NCBI GenBank assembly: GCA_965116025.1
Contig: OZ220480.1
Location: 64,001 to 128,000, forward strand
Source: an uncultured candidatus Porisulfidus sp.
GTDB lineage: Bacteria; Pseudomonadota; Gammaproteobacteria; Poriferisulfidales; Poriferisulfidaceae
Direction of reading: 5' to 3'
Length of the DNA stretch: 64,000 nucleotides
The translations under genes were made by a program, and so were the position numbers. The notes beneath the pieces are model-generated. The model worked only from the letters and a program-made list of their open reading frames with translations. It did no database searches and was not told the DNA's origin. Each line of letters opens with the position of its first letter. Within the stretch, counting starts at the first letter, position 1. Shown piece after piece: positions 41,653 through 53,700 of this stretch.

Positions 41653-42435
41653 ATGTCCCCGCTACTGCCCACCGCCCCCTTCGCCCTGTATCTGCTCGCC
41701 CTCGCGGGCATCCTGTCGGAAAAATTAAGCCGAGGCGCCACGGCCGCTGCTTGGGCCACGGGTTGCGGCCTGCATGCCTGGATCCTGTTCAACCCCACCG
41801 TGATTGGAAACGGCTTCTCGTTCACGTTCTTCAACGCCATGGCATTGACCGCGTTGCTAATCAACGCGCTGGTGTTCGCTTGGGCCATGTTTCAGCCAAC
41901 TTGGCACTTGGGCCTGATCACTCTTCCGTGCGCTCTCGCCGCCGTCTGGATCGAGCCGGCCGCGAGCGCGCAAAACCCCAGCCTCGCATGGAACGTCAAC
42001 GCCCACATCATGATCTCGCTGCTGGCCTACGGCACGCTGACGCTGGCCGGGGCCCAAGCCTTGATGTTGCTACTGAAAGAACGCCAACTCAGATCCCGCC
42101 GCCTGGCCGACCGGATTTCCAGTCGATTGCCGCCATTGGACCGAATGGAATCGTTGCTGATGAAGATCATCGCGCTGGGCCTGATCCTACTTTCGGTCGG
42201 GCTCGCGGTCGGAGGAAGCGCGATGTCCGAGCCATTCAGCCCTGGCATCATGCATAAAATCGTATTTTCCGCCTTAGCGTGGATCACGCTCGTCGCGCTC
42301 TTGTGGGGACACTGGCAATTTGGCTGGCGAGGCCGGCTGGCCGCCAGCATGACCTTGGCGAGTCTGGCGTTCCTGGTCTTGGGCTTTCTCGGCACCAAAC
42401 TGGTGCTGGAGGTCATCTTGAACCGGCCGGTCTAG
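41653..42435 (+). CDS. Cytochrome c assembly family (CcsA/YpjD-like) membrane protein
   Basis: AHIMISLLAYG, LPPLDRME, HKIVFS, GWRGR, GTKLVLEVIL. Confidence 0.87.
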   Translation: MSPLLPTAPFALYLLALAGILSEKLSRGATAAAWATGCGLHAWILFNPTVIGNGFSFTFFNAMALTALLINALVFAWAMFQPTWHLGLITLPCALAAVWIEPAASAQNPSLAWNVNAHIMISLLAYGTLTLAGAQALMLLLKERQLRSRRLADRISSRLPPLDRMESLLMKIIALGLILLSVGLAVGGSAMSEPFSPGIMHKIVFSALAWITLVALLWGHWQFGWRGRLAASMTLASLAFLVLGFLGTKLVLEVILNRPV

Positions 42436-42472
42436 CCGGAGCCCTCCAGCGACTGAAAACCCGGAGCCGAGA

Positions 42473-44326
42473 TCAAGCGCTCGCTTGAAACTCGGTGATC
42501 GACCCGCGAATTCCTTCCGTGTCCAGCTTGGCTTCCGCCAGCTGATCTTCCCGCGTTCCGTGCGCGATATAACGATCCGGGAGCCCCAACCGCAACAGCC
42601 GCGTGGACCCATCCAAATTCAGGGACTCAGCCACCGCGCTGCCCGCCCCGCCCGCCACAACGTTGTCCTCGACGGTCACCAGAAGGTCATGATTCTTCGC
42701 TACCTCATTCAGGAGACGCGTGTCCAAGGGCTTGACGAAACGCATGTCAATCAGCGTCGCGTCCAATTCTTCCGCGACAGGATTCGCCTGTTCCAGCAAG
42801 CTGCCGAACACCAGGAACGCGATTTGGCTTCCCTCCCGGACTTTCCGCGCCTTCCCAATCGGAATCGGCTCCAAGGCTTTCTCGACTTGGGCCCCCGATC
42901 CCTTGCCACGCGGATAGCGCACCGCCGCCGGACCTTCGTGCAGAAATCCAGTAGTCAGCATCCTTCGACACTCATTCTCGTCGGACGGAGCCATGATCAC
43001 CATACCCGGCAGGCAACGCAGATAAGACAGGTCGAAGGCACCGACATGAGTTTTTCCGTCGTTCCCGACCAGACCGGCCCGATCAATAGCGAAAAGCACG
43101 TCCAGCTCCTGCACCACGACATCATGAATCAACTGGTCATATCCTCGCTGCAGGAAAGTCGAATAAATGGCCACCACCGGCTTCGCGCTCGCGCATGCCA
43201 TGCCCGCGGCCACGGTGACCGCGTGCTGCTCCGCGATGCCGACATCGAAATAACGGTCCGGATATTCTTTTTCAAAACGGACGAGACCGCTTCCCTCTCG
43301 CATCGCCGGAGTGATGGCCATCAGCCTGGAATCCGCGGCGGCCTGATCACTCAGCCAATCGCTGAACACTTGCGTATAGGTCGGCCCACCACTCGACCCT
43401 TTCTTCCGCACCCCGATTTCCGGGTCGAAGGTCGGCACCGCATGATAGCCTACCGGGTCTCCTTCAGCTGGTTCGTAGCCCATCCCCTTTTGCGTGATAA
43501 CGTGCAACAGTCGCGGCCCAGTCTGGTCGCGCAACCGTTCCACCACCTTAAGCAATCCCAGCACGTCATGCCCGCCAACGGGGCCGAAATACTGCACTCC
43601 CAGCTCCTCGAACAATGTGCCTGGAAGAATCATCCCCTTGAGGTGCTCCTCCATCCTCATCGCGAACTTCTTGACTCGCGGCACTGAGCTCAGCATGCGC
43701 TGACCCTTCTGGCGAACCGTGGAATACAGGCTGCCCGCCAAAAGGCGGGTCAGGTAGCGGGACATGGCGCCCACGTTCGGAGAAATCGACATCTCGTTGT
43801 CGTTGAGCACCACCAAAACGTCCGCTTCGGAAACCCCCAAATGGTTCAGCGCCTCGTAAGCCAGCCCGGCGGTCAAGCCACCGTCCCCGATCACGGCGAT
43901 CGACTTGCATGGCTTTCCCACGTTTCGACTACCCAGCGCCATGCCCAAGGCCGCGCTGATCGAGGTGCTGGAGTGTCCCACCCCAAAGCTGTCGTAAGGG
44001 CTCTCCGCCCGCTCCGGGAACGGCGCCAAGCCTCCCCAGCGGCGAATCGTCTCCAAGCGGTCCCGGCGGCCCGCCAAAACCTTGTGCCCATAGCTTTGGT
44101 GTCCCACGTCCCAGACCAGATAGTCTTCTGGAGTGTTGAACGCGTAATGCAGAGCCACAGTCAACTCGACCGCGCCTAGGCTGGCCCCAAAGTGGCCGCC
44201 ACAGCGGGCCACGCCTTGAATCAGGAATTCGCGGAGCTCCTTAGCGACCGCAGGAAGCGCGTCGCGGTCAAGCGCCCGCAGATCAGCCGGGCTGTCGATC
44301 TTCGACAGATAGGGAAAGTCGTCCAT
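42473..44326 (-). CDS. dxs: 1-deoxy-D-xylulose-5-phosphate synthase
   Basis: [18 protein letters not shown]...[25 protein letters not shown]. Confidence 0.97.
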   Translation of the reverse strand: MDDFPYLSKIDSPADLRALDRDALPAVAKELREFLIQGVARCGGHFGASLGAVELTVALHYAFNTPEDYLVWDVGHQSYGHKVLAGRRDRLETIRRWGGLAPFPERAESPYDSFGVGHSSTSISAALGMALGSRNVGKPCKSIAVIGDGGLTAGLAYEALNHLGVSEADVLVVLNDNEMSISPNVGAMSRYLTRLLAGSLYSTVRQKGQRMLSSVPRVKKFAMRMEEHLKGMILPGTLFEELGVQYFGPVGGHDVLGLLKVVERLRDQTGPRLLHVITQKGMGYEPAEGDPVGYHAVPTFDPEIGVRKKGSSGGPTYTQVFSDWLSDQAAADSRLMAITPAMREGSGLVRFEKEYPDRYFDVGIAEQHAVTVAAGMACASAKPVVAIYSTFLQRGYDQLIHDVVVQELDVLFAIDRAGLVGNDGKTHVGAFDLSYLRCLPGMVIMAPSDENECRRMLTTGFLHEGPAAVRYPRGKGSGAQVEKALEPIPIGKARKVREGSQIAFLVFGSLLEQANPVAEELDATLIDMRFVKPLDTRLLNEVAKNHDLLVTVEDNVVAGGAGSAVAESLNLDGSTRLLRLGLPDRYIAHGTREDQLAEAKLDTEGIRGSITEFQASA

Positions 44327-44328
44327 GA

Positions 44329-44580
44329 CTACTCTTCCCCTAAATCCAAGGGCTGGGCCGCGCCCTCCCCTTTTTCTTGCTTGACGATCTTGTCGACTCT
44401 CTGCTGAGCCTTGTCGAGACGCTCGCGCAACGCGCGGGTCAAGGCCACTCCGCGCTCAAAATCCCGCAGGGATTCTTCTAGCGAAACCTCTCCGCTTTCC
44501 AGCCTCTCGACCAGATCCTCCAATTGCTGGAGAGATTCCTCGAAAGGAAAAGCTTGGTCGTCTTTCGGTTGATCTGCCAT
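44329..44580 (-). CDS. xseB: Exodeoxyribonuclease VII small subunit
   Basis: [32 protein letters not shown]. Confidence 0.95.
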   Translation of the reverse strand: MADQPKDDQAFPFEESLQQLEDLVERLESGEVSLEESLRDFERGVALTRALRERLDKAQQRVDKIVKQEKGEGAAQPLDLGEE

Positions 44581-44726
44581 ACCTCGCTACCGAAAGTTGA
44601 ATCGCCGTTAGTTTATCATCCTAATTCGCGCCCGTCGCTTTGGATCGTCACATCTCTTTGGCAAACTCGGGACCACCCGCCCGAAAACCCGGAACGATTC
44701 CCTATACGCGCCCTCGTCCGCCATCC

Positions 44727-47700
44727 TCACCAGCGAAGCGAGCTGCGCAACATCAGCCGATCTTCCGTGGCGGATGTCCCGCTAAGGTCACGTTCCGCTT
44801 CCATAGAAAGAGACAGCTCGTCCGTGAGGCGGTAGCGCGTTCCGAAGCGCACGGTCCGCCCACCCGCTTCCTCCAGCGTAAATGCCGCGTACGGCGAAAC
44901 CAACGCCACCGGACCCGAGCCCGGCACCGCGAAGCCATGCCCGATCTCCGCTTCTAGGCGATACTCCGCGCCAACATCACCCGATCCGACAAGATTCGAG
45001 GTCGGCGCGCGGTCAAACATGCGGTCGATCCCGCTCTCAGTCCCACCACGCGAGAAGCCCAGCGTCAAGGAGGGCCCCCGACCGTCTGATCCGGGAGCTA
45101 GGGACAGCATTCCGCTCACGCCCCATTCATCACGGTCCCTCTCGTGCTCCACCAACGCGCGGGTTCGGAAATCCGCCGTCAAACCAGCCACTGGGTCGCG
45201 GTACGTCAGGCTGACCCCGGCCTCAAGGCCAGCCCCTTCCGCCGCGTCTCCGCCGTCGTAACGCACCCCAGCCTCCAACGCCGGAGTCAGCGTCCCACCT
45301 CCTTCCAGAGCCCGCTCGTGCGAGCCCTCCAACGCGAGACGCAACCGACTCGTATCCACCGACAGCTTGACGAGACCATCCTCTGCATCAGTCCGGGCCT
45401 CGGCCAGCGAGCCTTCACCCTTCAACGCGAGACGCGTCACCCCGCCTCCAATCAGATCCTCGTTCGATACCAGAACGTGGCGGCCGCCGACCGCCGCGCT
45501 CACGAGAGTCAAGTCGGTAGAGCGCGCCGCCTCACTCTCCTCCTCAATCCGAACCTCGCCACGGCCGTAGCCCGCGCTCGCCCACAGACTCGATCCGTCG
45601 CCAAATAGCCATGCCATATATGGGTGCACCGCCCTAAGCCGGGTCTCGTAGACGCTCTCCACCTCGTCCACCTTAGAGTCAAGGTCGGCCTCGGAATACG
45701 AGACCGCGGCCCCGGCCAGAAGATCTGGACGCAGTCGCAGGTCCATACCCACATGCGCCGACCAGACCTCACCGTCCCAAGAGACCCCGTCCTCCGATCC
45801 GTCCAAGGACACCTGCCCCCCTCGGCCCCACACTGAAACGGGAGTCTCCTCGCCGGCAACCCCAAGCGGTAAAGCGAACGCCGCACCATCCAGAAGCTCG
45901 CGCAAGCGTGGGCGTGATTCTCCGCTCGCGCCCGCCGCCGGTAGCGCGCCAATTCGGAACGCGCTCTCCGCGATGCCGCCAGAAGACACCACCTTAATGC
46001 GGTCCGTGATCACGTCCAAGGATTGCGACAGCACCGCCGCCGCCACATGCGGCAGAACCTCGTTGTTGATCCGATTCGCCCGAGCGGCCGCCATTGACGA
46101 ATCGTCGTTCAGCGCGCCAGCGGCCGTGACATCATCGCCTATTGCGTAACCGACCGCGTCGTTCAGCGTGATAGCGTAGGTTTCCGCCCCTTCCGCCTCC
46201 GAGTCGACCCGGGTCGGAATCGTGACCACGCCTGTCAGACTGGCGGTATCTCCGAACGCCGCCTCGAAACTTCTCGGACCAAGCCCGCCCGGAAGGTCGT
46301 CCTCCGTGAATCCACTCGCGCCGCGGTCCGCCAATGTCAAGCTTACAGTCAGCGTTCCGGTCAACTCTCGGTCGGACGTGAGCGTCAAACTGATCGCCAC
46401 TCCCTCGGTCACCGCTTCTGGATCGATGAGAAGCTGCAGGGTCGGCGTCGTGTCCGTCACCGACACCGTGACCGAACCTACGTTCGCTGAATCGTAGCCC
46501 CCGCCCGAGGCGGAATGCGTCAGCGTCACGTCAGCGTCCGTCGTCACGTCTTCATCTCGCGCCGCGGATACGGTCACTGTTTGCGCAATTTTCCAGTTGG
46601 CGGTGGTGAAAGTCAGAGCTGACGGCTCCACTGACACATCGCCTGAGGCCCCATCCACAGTAATCGCGACATCGCCGGAAGGTGGGGCATCCAGCGCCAC
46701 CGTGTACGTCCCGGTCGCCCCCTCCGCCACCGACAGCGTCGCCGGCGACAGCGTCACCCCGGCCGTCTCGTCGTCGGCGACCGACACCGTCACCACGCCG
46801 CCCGCCGACACGCCGGCGTAGCCCGTCACCGGATGCGTCACCCGCACGGTCTCGTCCGTCGCGTCGGCGTCGCCCTCCGCGGTCACCGTCACCGTCCGCG
46901 CCGTCTCCCAGTTCGCCGTCGTGAACGTCAGCGTCGACGGGCTCACCGTCGCCGCCCCCTCGTCCGCGCTCGTCGGCGACACCGTCACGCTCCCCGAGGG
47001 CCGGCTGTCCAGCGCCACCGTGTACGTCCCGGTCGCCCCCTCCGCCACCGACAGCGTCGCCGGCGACAGCGTCACCCCGGCCGTCTCGTCGTCGGCGACC
47101 GACACCGTCACCACGCCGCCCGCCGACACGCCGGCGTAGCCCGTCACCGGATGCGTCACCCGCACGGTCTCGTCCGTCGCGTCGGCGTCGCCCTCCGCGG
47201 TCACCGTCACCGTCCGCGCCGTCTCCCAGTTCGCCGTCGTGAACGTCAGCGTCGACGGGCTCACCGTCGCCGCCCCCTCGTCCGCGCTCGTCGGCGACAC
47301 CGTCACGCTCCCCGAGGGCCGGCTGTCCAGCGCCACCGTGTACGTCCCGGTCGCCCCCTCCGCCACCGACAGCGTCGCCGGCGACAGCGTCACCCCGGCC
47401 GTCTCGTCGTCGGCGACCGACACCGTCACCACGCCGCCCGCCGACACGCCGGCGTAGCCCGTCACCGGATGCGTCACCCGCACGGTCTCGTCCGTCGCGT
47501 CGGCGTCGCCCTCCGCGGTCACCGTCACCGTCCGCGCCGTCTCCCAGTTCGCCGTCGTGAACGTCAGCGTCGACGGGCTCACCGTCGCCGCCCCCTCGTC
47601 CGCGCTCGTCGGCGACACCGTCACGCTCCCCGAGGGCCGGCTGTCCAGCGCCACCGTGTACGTCCCGGTCGCCCCCTCCGCCACCGACAGCGTCGCCGGC

Positions 47701-50700
47701 GACAGCGTCACCCCGGCCGTCTCGTCGTCGGCGACCGACACCGTCACCACGCCGCCCGCCGACACGCCGGCGTAGCCCGTCACCGGATGCGTCACCCGCA
47801 CGGTCTCGTCCGTCGCGTCGGCGTCGCCCTCCGCGGTCACCGTCACCGTCCGCGCCGTCTCCCAGTTCGCCGTCGTGAACGTCAGCGTCGACGGGCTCAC
47901 CGTCGCCGCCCCCTCGTCCGCGCTCGTCGGCGACACCGTCACGCTCCCCGAGGGCCGGCTGTCCAGCGCCACCGTGTACGTCCCGGTCGCCCCCTCCGCC
48001 ACCGACAGCGTCGCCGGCGACAGCGTCACCCCGGCCGTCTCGTCGTCGGCGACCGACACCGTCACCACGCCGCCCGCCGACACGCCGGCGTAGCCCGTCA
48101 CCGGATGCGTCACCCGCACGGTCTCGTCCGTCGCGTCGGCGTCGCCCTCCGCGGTCACCGTCACCGTCCGCGCCGTCTCCCAGTTCGCCGTCGTGAACGT
48201 CAGCGTCGACGGGCTCACCGTCGCCGCCCCCTCGTCCGCGCTCGTCGGCGACACCGTCACGCTCCCCGAGGGCCGGCTGTCCAGCGCCACCGTGTACGTC
48301 CCGGTCGCCCCCTCCGCCACCGACAGCGTCGCCGGCGACAGCGTCACCCCGGCCGTCTCGTCGTCGGCGACCGACACCGTCACCACGCCGCCCGCCGACA
48401 CGCCGGCGTAGCCCGTCACCGGATGCGTCACCCGCACGGTCTCGTCCGTCGCGTCGGCGTCGCCCTCCGCGGTCACCGTCACCGTCCGCGCCGTCTCCCA
48501 GTTCGCCGTCGTGAACGTCAGCGTCGACGGGCTCACCGTCGCCGCCCCCTCGTCCGCGCTCGTCGGCGACACCGTCACGCTCCCCGAGGGCCGGCTGTCC
48601 AGCGCCACCGTGTACGTCCCGGTCGCCCCCTCCGCCACCGACAGCGTCGCCGGCGACAGCGTCACCCCGGCCGTCTCGTCGTCGGCGACCGACACCGTCA
48701 CCACGCCGCCCGCCGACACGCCGGCGTAGCCCGTCACCGGATGCGTCACCCGCACGGTCTCGTCCGTCGCGTCGGCGTCGCCCTCCGCGGTCACCGTCAC
48801 CGTCCGCGCCGTCTCCCAGTTCGCCGTCGTGAACGTCAGCGTCGACGGGCTCACCGTCGCCGCCCCCTCGTCCGCGCTCGTCGGCGACACCGTCACGCTC
48901 CCCGAGGGCCGGCTGTCCAGCGCCACCGTGTACGTCCCGGTCGCCCCCTCCGCCACCGACAGCGTCGCCGGCGACAGCGTCACCCCGGCCGTCTCGTCGT
49001 CGGCGACCGACACCGTCACCACGCCGCCCGCCGACACGCCGGCGTAGCCCGTCACCGGATGCGTCACCCGCACGGTCTCGTCCGTCGCGTCGGCGTCGCC
49101 CTCCGCGGTCACCGTCACCGTCCGCGCCGTCTCCCAGTTCGCCGTCGTGAACGTCAGCGTCGACGGGCTCACCGTCGCCGCCCCCTCGTCCGCGCTCGTC
49201 GGCGACACCGTCACGCTCCCCGAGGGCCGGCTGTCCAGCGCCACCGTGTACGTCCCGGTCGCCCCCTCCGCCACCGACAGCGTCGCCGGCGACAGCGTCA
49301 CCCCGGCCGTCTCGTCGTCGGCGACCGACACCGTCACCACGCCGCCCGCCGACACGCCGGCGTAGCCCGTCACCGGATGCGTCACCCGCACGGTCTCGTC
49401 CGTCGCGTCGGCGTCGCCCTCCGCGGTCACCGTCACCGTCCGCGCCGTCTCCCAGTTCGCCGTCGTGAACGTCAGCGTCGACGGGCTCACCGTCGCCGCC
49501 CCCTCGTCCGCGCTCGTCGGCGACACCGTCACGCTCCCCGAGGGCCGGCTGTCCAGCGCCACCGTGTACGTCCCGGTCGCCCCCTCCGCCACCGACAGCG
49601 TCGCCGGCGACAGCGTCACCCCGGCCGTCTCGTCGTCGGCGACCGACACCGTCACCACGCCGCCCGCCGACACGCCGGCGTAGCCCGTCACCGGATGCGT
49701 CACCCGCACGGTCTCGTCCGTCGCGTCGGCGTCGCCCTCCGCGGTCACCGTCACCGTCCGCGCCGTCTCCCAGTTCGCCGTCGTGAACGTCAGCGTCGAC
49801 GGGCTCACCGTCGCCGCCCCCTCGTCCGCGCTCGTCGGCGACACCGTCACGCTCCCCGAGGGCCGGCTGTCCAGCGCCACCGTGTACGTCCCGGTCGCCC
49901 CCTCCGCCACCGACAGCGTCGCCGGCGACAGCGTCACCCCGGCCGTCTCGTCGTCGGCGACCGACACCGTCACCACGCCGCCCGCCGACACGCCGGCGTA
50001 GCCCGTCACCGGATGCGTCACCCGCACGGTCTCGTCCGTCGCGTCGGCGTCGCCCTCCGCGGTCACCGTCACCGTCCGCGCCGTCTCCCAGTTCGCCGTC
50101 GTGAACGTCAGCGTCGACGGGCTCACCGTCGCCGCCCCCTCGTCCGCGCTCGTCGGCGACACCGTCACGCTCCCCGAGGGCCGGCTGTCCAGCGCCACCG
50201 TGTACGTCCCGGTCGCCCCCTCCGCCACCGACAGCGTCGCCGGCGACAGCGTCACCCCGGCCGTCTCGTCGTCGGCGACCGACACCGTCACCACGCCGCC
50301 CGCCGACACGCCGGCGTAGCCCGTCACCGGATGCGTCACCCGCACGGTCTCGTCCGTCGCGTCGGCGTCGCCCTCCGCGGTCACCGTCACCGTCCGCGCC
50401 GTCTCCCAGTTCGCCGTCGTGAACGTCAGCGTCGACGGGCTCACCGTCGCCGCCCCCTCGTCCGCGCTCGTCGGCGACACCGTCACGCTCCCCGAGGGCC
50501 GGCTGTCCAGCGCCACCGTGTACGTCCCGGTCGCCCCCTCCGCCACCGACAGCGTCGCCGGCGACAGCGTCACCCCGGCCGTCTCGTCGTCGGCGACCGA
50601 CACCGTCACCACGCCGCCCGCCGACACGCCGGCGTAGCCCGTCACCGGATGCGTCACCCGCACGGTCTCGTCCGTCGCGTCGGCGTCGCCCTCCGCGGTC

Positions 50701-53700
50701 ACCGTCACCGTCCGCGCCGTCTCCCAGTTCGCCGTCGTGAACGTCAGCGTCGACGGGCTCACCGTCGCCGCCCCCTCGTCCGCGCTCGTCGGCGACACCG
50801 TCACGCTCCCCGAGGGCCGGCTGTCCAGCGCCACCGTGTACGTCCCGGTCGCCCCCTCCGCCACCGACAGCGTCGCCGGCGACAGCGTCACCCCGGCCGT
50901 CTCGTCGTCGGCGACCGACACCGTCACCACGCCGCCCGCCGACACGCCGGCGTAGCCCGTCACCGGATGCGTCACCCGCACGGTCTCGTCCGTCGCGTCG
51001 GCGTCGCCCTCCGCGGTCACCGTCACCGTCCGCGCCGTCTCCCAGTTCGCCGTCGTGAACGTCAGCGTCGACGGGCTCACCGTCGCCGCCCCCTCGTCCG
51101 CGCTCGTCGGCGACACCGTCACGCTCCCCGAGGGCCGGCTGTCCAGCGCCACCGTGTACGTCCCGGTCGCCCCCTCCGCCACCGACAGCGTCGCCGGCGA
51201 CAGCGTCACCCCGGCCGTCTCGTCGTCGGCGACCGACACCGTCACCACGCCGCCCGCCGACACGCCGGCGTAGCCCGTCACCGGATGCGTCACCCGCACG
51301 GTCTCGTCCGTCGCGTCGGCGTCGCCCTCCGCGGTCACCGTCACCGTCCGCGCCGTCTCCCAGTTCGCCGTCGTGAACGTCAGCGTCGACGGGCTCACCG
51401 TCGCCGCCCCCTCGTCCGCGCTCGTCGGCGACACCGTCACGCTCCCCGAGGGCCGGCTGTCCAGCGCCACCGTGTACGTCCCGGTCGCCCCCTCCGCCAC
51501 CGACAGCGTCGCCGGCGACAGCGTCACCCCGGCCGTCTCGTCGTCGGCGACCGACACCGTCACCACGCCGCCCGCCGACACGCCGGCGTAGCCCGTCACC
51601 GGATGCGTCACCCGCACGGTCTCGTCCGTCGCGTCGGCGTCGCCCTCCGCGGTCACCGTCACCGTCCGCGCCGTCTCCCAGTTCGCCGTCGTGAACGTCA
51701 GCGTCGACGGGCTCACCGTCGCCGCCCCCTCGTCCGCGCTCGTCGGCGACACCGTCACGCTCCCCGAGGGCCGGCTGTCCAGCGCCACCGTGTACGTCCC
51801 GGTCGCCCCCTCCGCCACCGACAGCGTCGCCGGCGACAGCGTCACCCCGGCCGTCTCGTCGTCGGCGACCGACACCGTCACCACGCCGCCCGCCGACACG
51901 CCGGCGTAGCCCGTCACCGGATGCGTCACCCGCACGGTCTCGTCCGTCGCGTCGGCGTCGCCCTCCGCGGTCACCGTCACCGTCCGCGCCGTCTCCCAGT
52001 TCGCCGTCGTGAACGTCAGCGTCGACGGGCTCACCGTCGCCGCCCCCTCGTCCGCGCTCGTCGGCGACACCGTCACGCTCCCCGAGGGCCGGCTGTCCAG
52101 CGCCACCGTGTACGTCCCGGTCGCCCCCTCCGCCACCGACAGCGTCGCCGGCGACAGCGTCACCCCGGCCGTCTCGTCGTCGGCGACCGACACCGTCACC
52201 ACGCCGCCCGCCGACACGCCGGCGTAGCCCGTCACCGGATGCGTCACCCGCACGGTCTCGTCCGTCGCGTCGGCGTCGCCCTCCGCGGTCACCGTCACCG
52301 TCCGCGCCGTCTCCCAGTTCGCCGTCGTGAACGTCAGCGTCGACGGGCTCACCGTCGCCGCCCCCTCGTCCGCGCTCGTCGGCGACACCGTCACGCTCCC
52401 CGAGGGCCGGCTGTCCAGCGCCACCGTGTACGTCCCGGTCGCCCCCTCCGCCACCGACAGCGTCGCCGGCGACAGCGTCACCCCGGCCGTCTCGTCGTCG
52501 GCGACCGACACCGTCACCACGCCGCCCGCCGACACGCCGGCGTAGCCCGTCACCGGATGCGTCACCCGCACGGTCTCGTCCGTCGCGTCGGCGTCGCCCT
52601 CCGCGGTCACCGTCACCGTCCGCGCCGTCTCCCAGTTCGCCGTCGTGAACGTCAGCGTCGACGGGCTCACCGTCGCCGCCCCCTCGTCCGCGCTCGTCGG
52701 CGACACCGTCACGCTCCCCGAGGGCCGGCTGTCCAGCGCCACCGTGTACGTCCCGGTCGCCCCCTCCGCCACCGACAGCGTCGCCGGCGACAGCGTCACC
52801 CCGGCCGTCTCGTCGTCGGCGACCGACACCGTCACCACGCCGCCCGCCGACACGCCGGCGTAGCCCGTCACCGGATGCGTCACCCGCACGGTCTCGTCCG
52901 TCGCGTCGGCGTCGCCCTCCGCGGTCACCGTCACCGTCCGCGCCGTCTCCCAGTTCGCCGTCGTGAACGTCAGCGTCGACGGGCTCACCGTCGCCGCCCC
53001 CTCGTCCGCGCTCGTCGGCGACACCGTCACGCTCCCCGAGGGCCGGCTGTCCAGCGCCACCGTGTACGTCCCGGTCGCCCCCTCCGCCACCGACAGCGTC
53101 GCCGGCGACAGCGTCACCCCGGCCGTCTCGTCGTCGGCGACCGACACCGTCACCACGCCGCCCGCCGACACGCCGGCGTAGCCCGTCACCGGATGCGTCA
53201 CCCGCACGGTCTCGTCCGTCGCGTCGGCGTCGCCCTCCGCGGTCACCGTCACCGTCCGCGCCGTCTCCCAGTTCGCCGTCGTGAACGTCAGCGTCGACGG
53301 GCTCACCGTCGCCGCCCCCTCGTCCGCGCTCGTCGGCGACACCGTCACGCTCCCCGAGGGCCGGCTGTCCAGCGCCACCGTGTACGTCCCGGTCGCCCCC
53401 TCCGCCACCGACAGCGTCGCCGGCGACAGCGTCACCCCGGCCGTCTCGTCGTCGGCGACCGACACCGTCACCACGCCGCCCGCCGACACGCCGGCGTAGC
53501 CCGTCACCGGATGCGTCACCCGCACGGTCTCGTCCGTCGCGTCGGCGTCGCCCTCCGCGGTCACCGTCACCGTCCGCGCCGTCTCCCAGTTCGCCGTCGT
53601 GAACGTCAGCGTCGACGGGCTCACCGTCGCCGCCCCCTCGTCCGCGCTCGTCGGCGACACCGTCACGCTCCCCGAGGGCCGGCTGTCCAGCGCCACCGTG

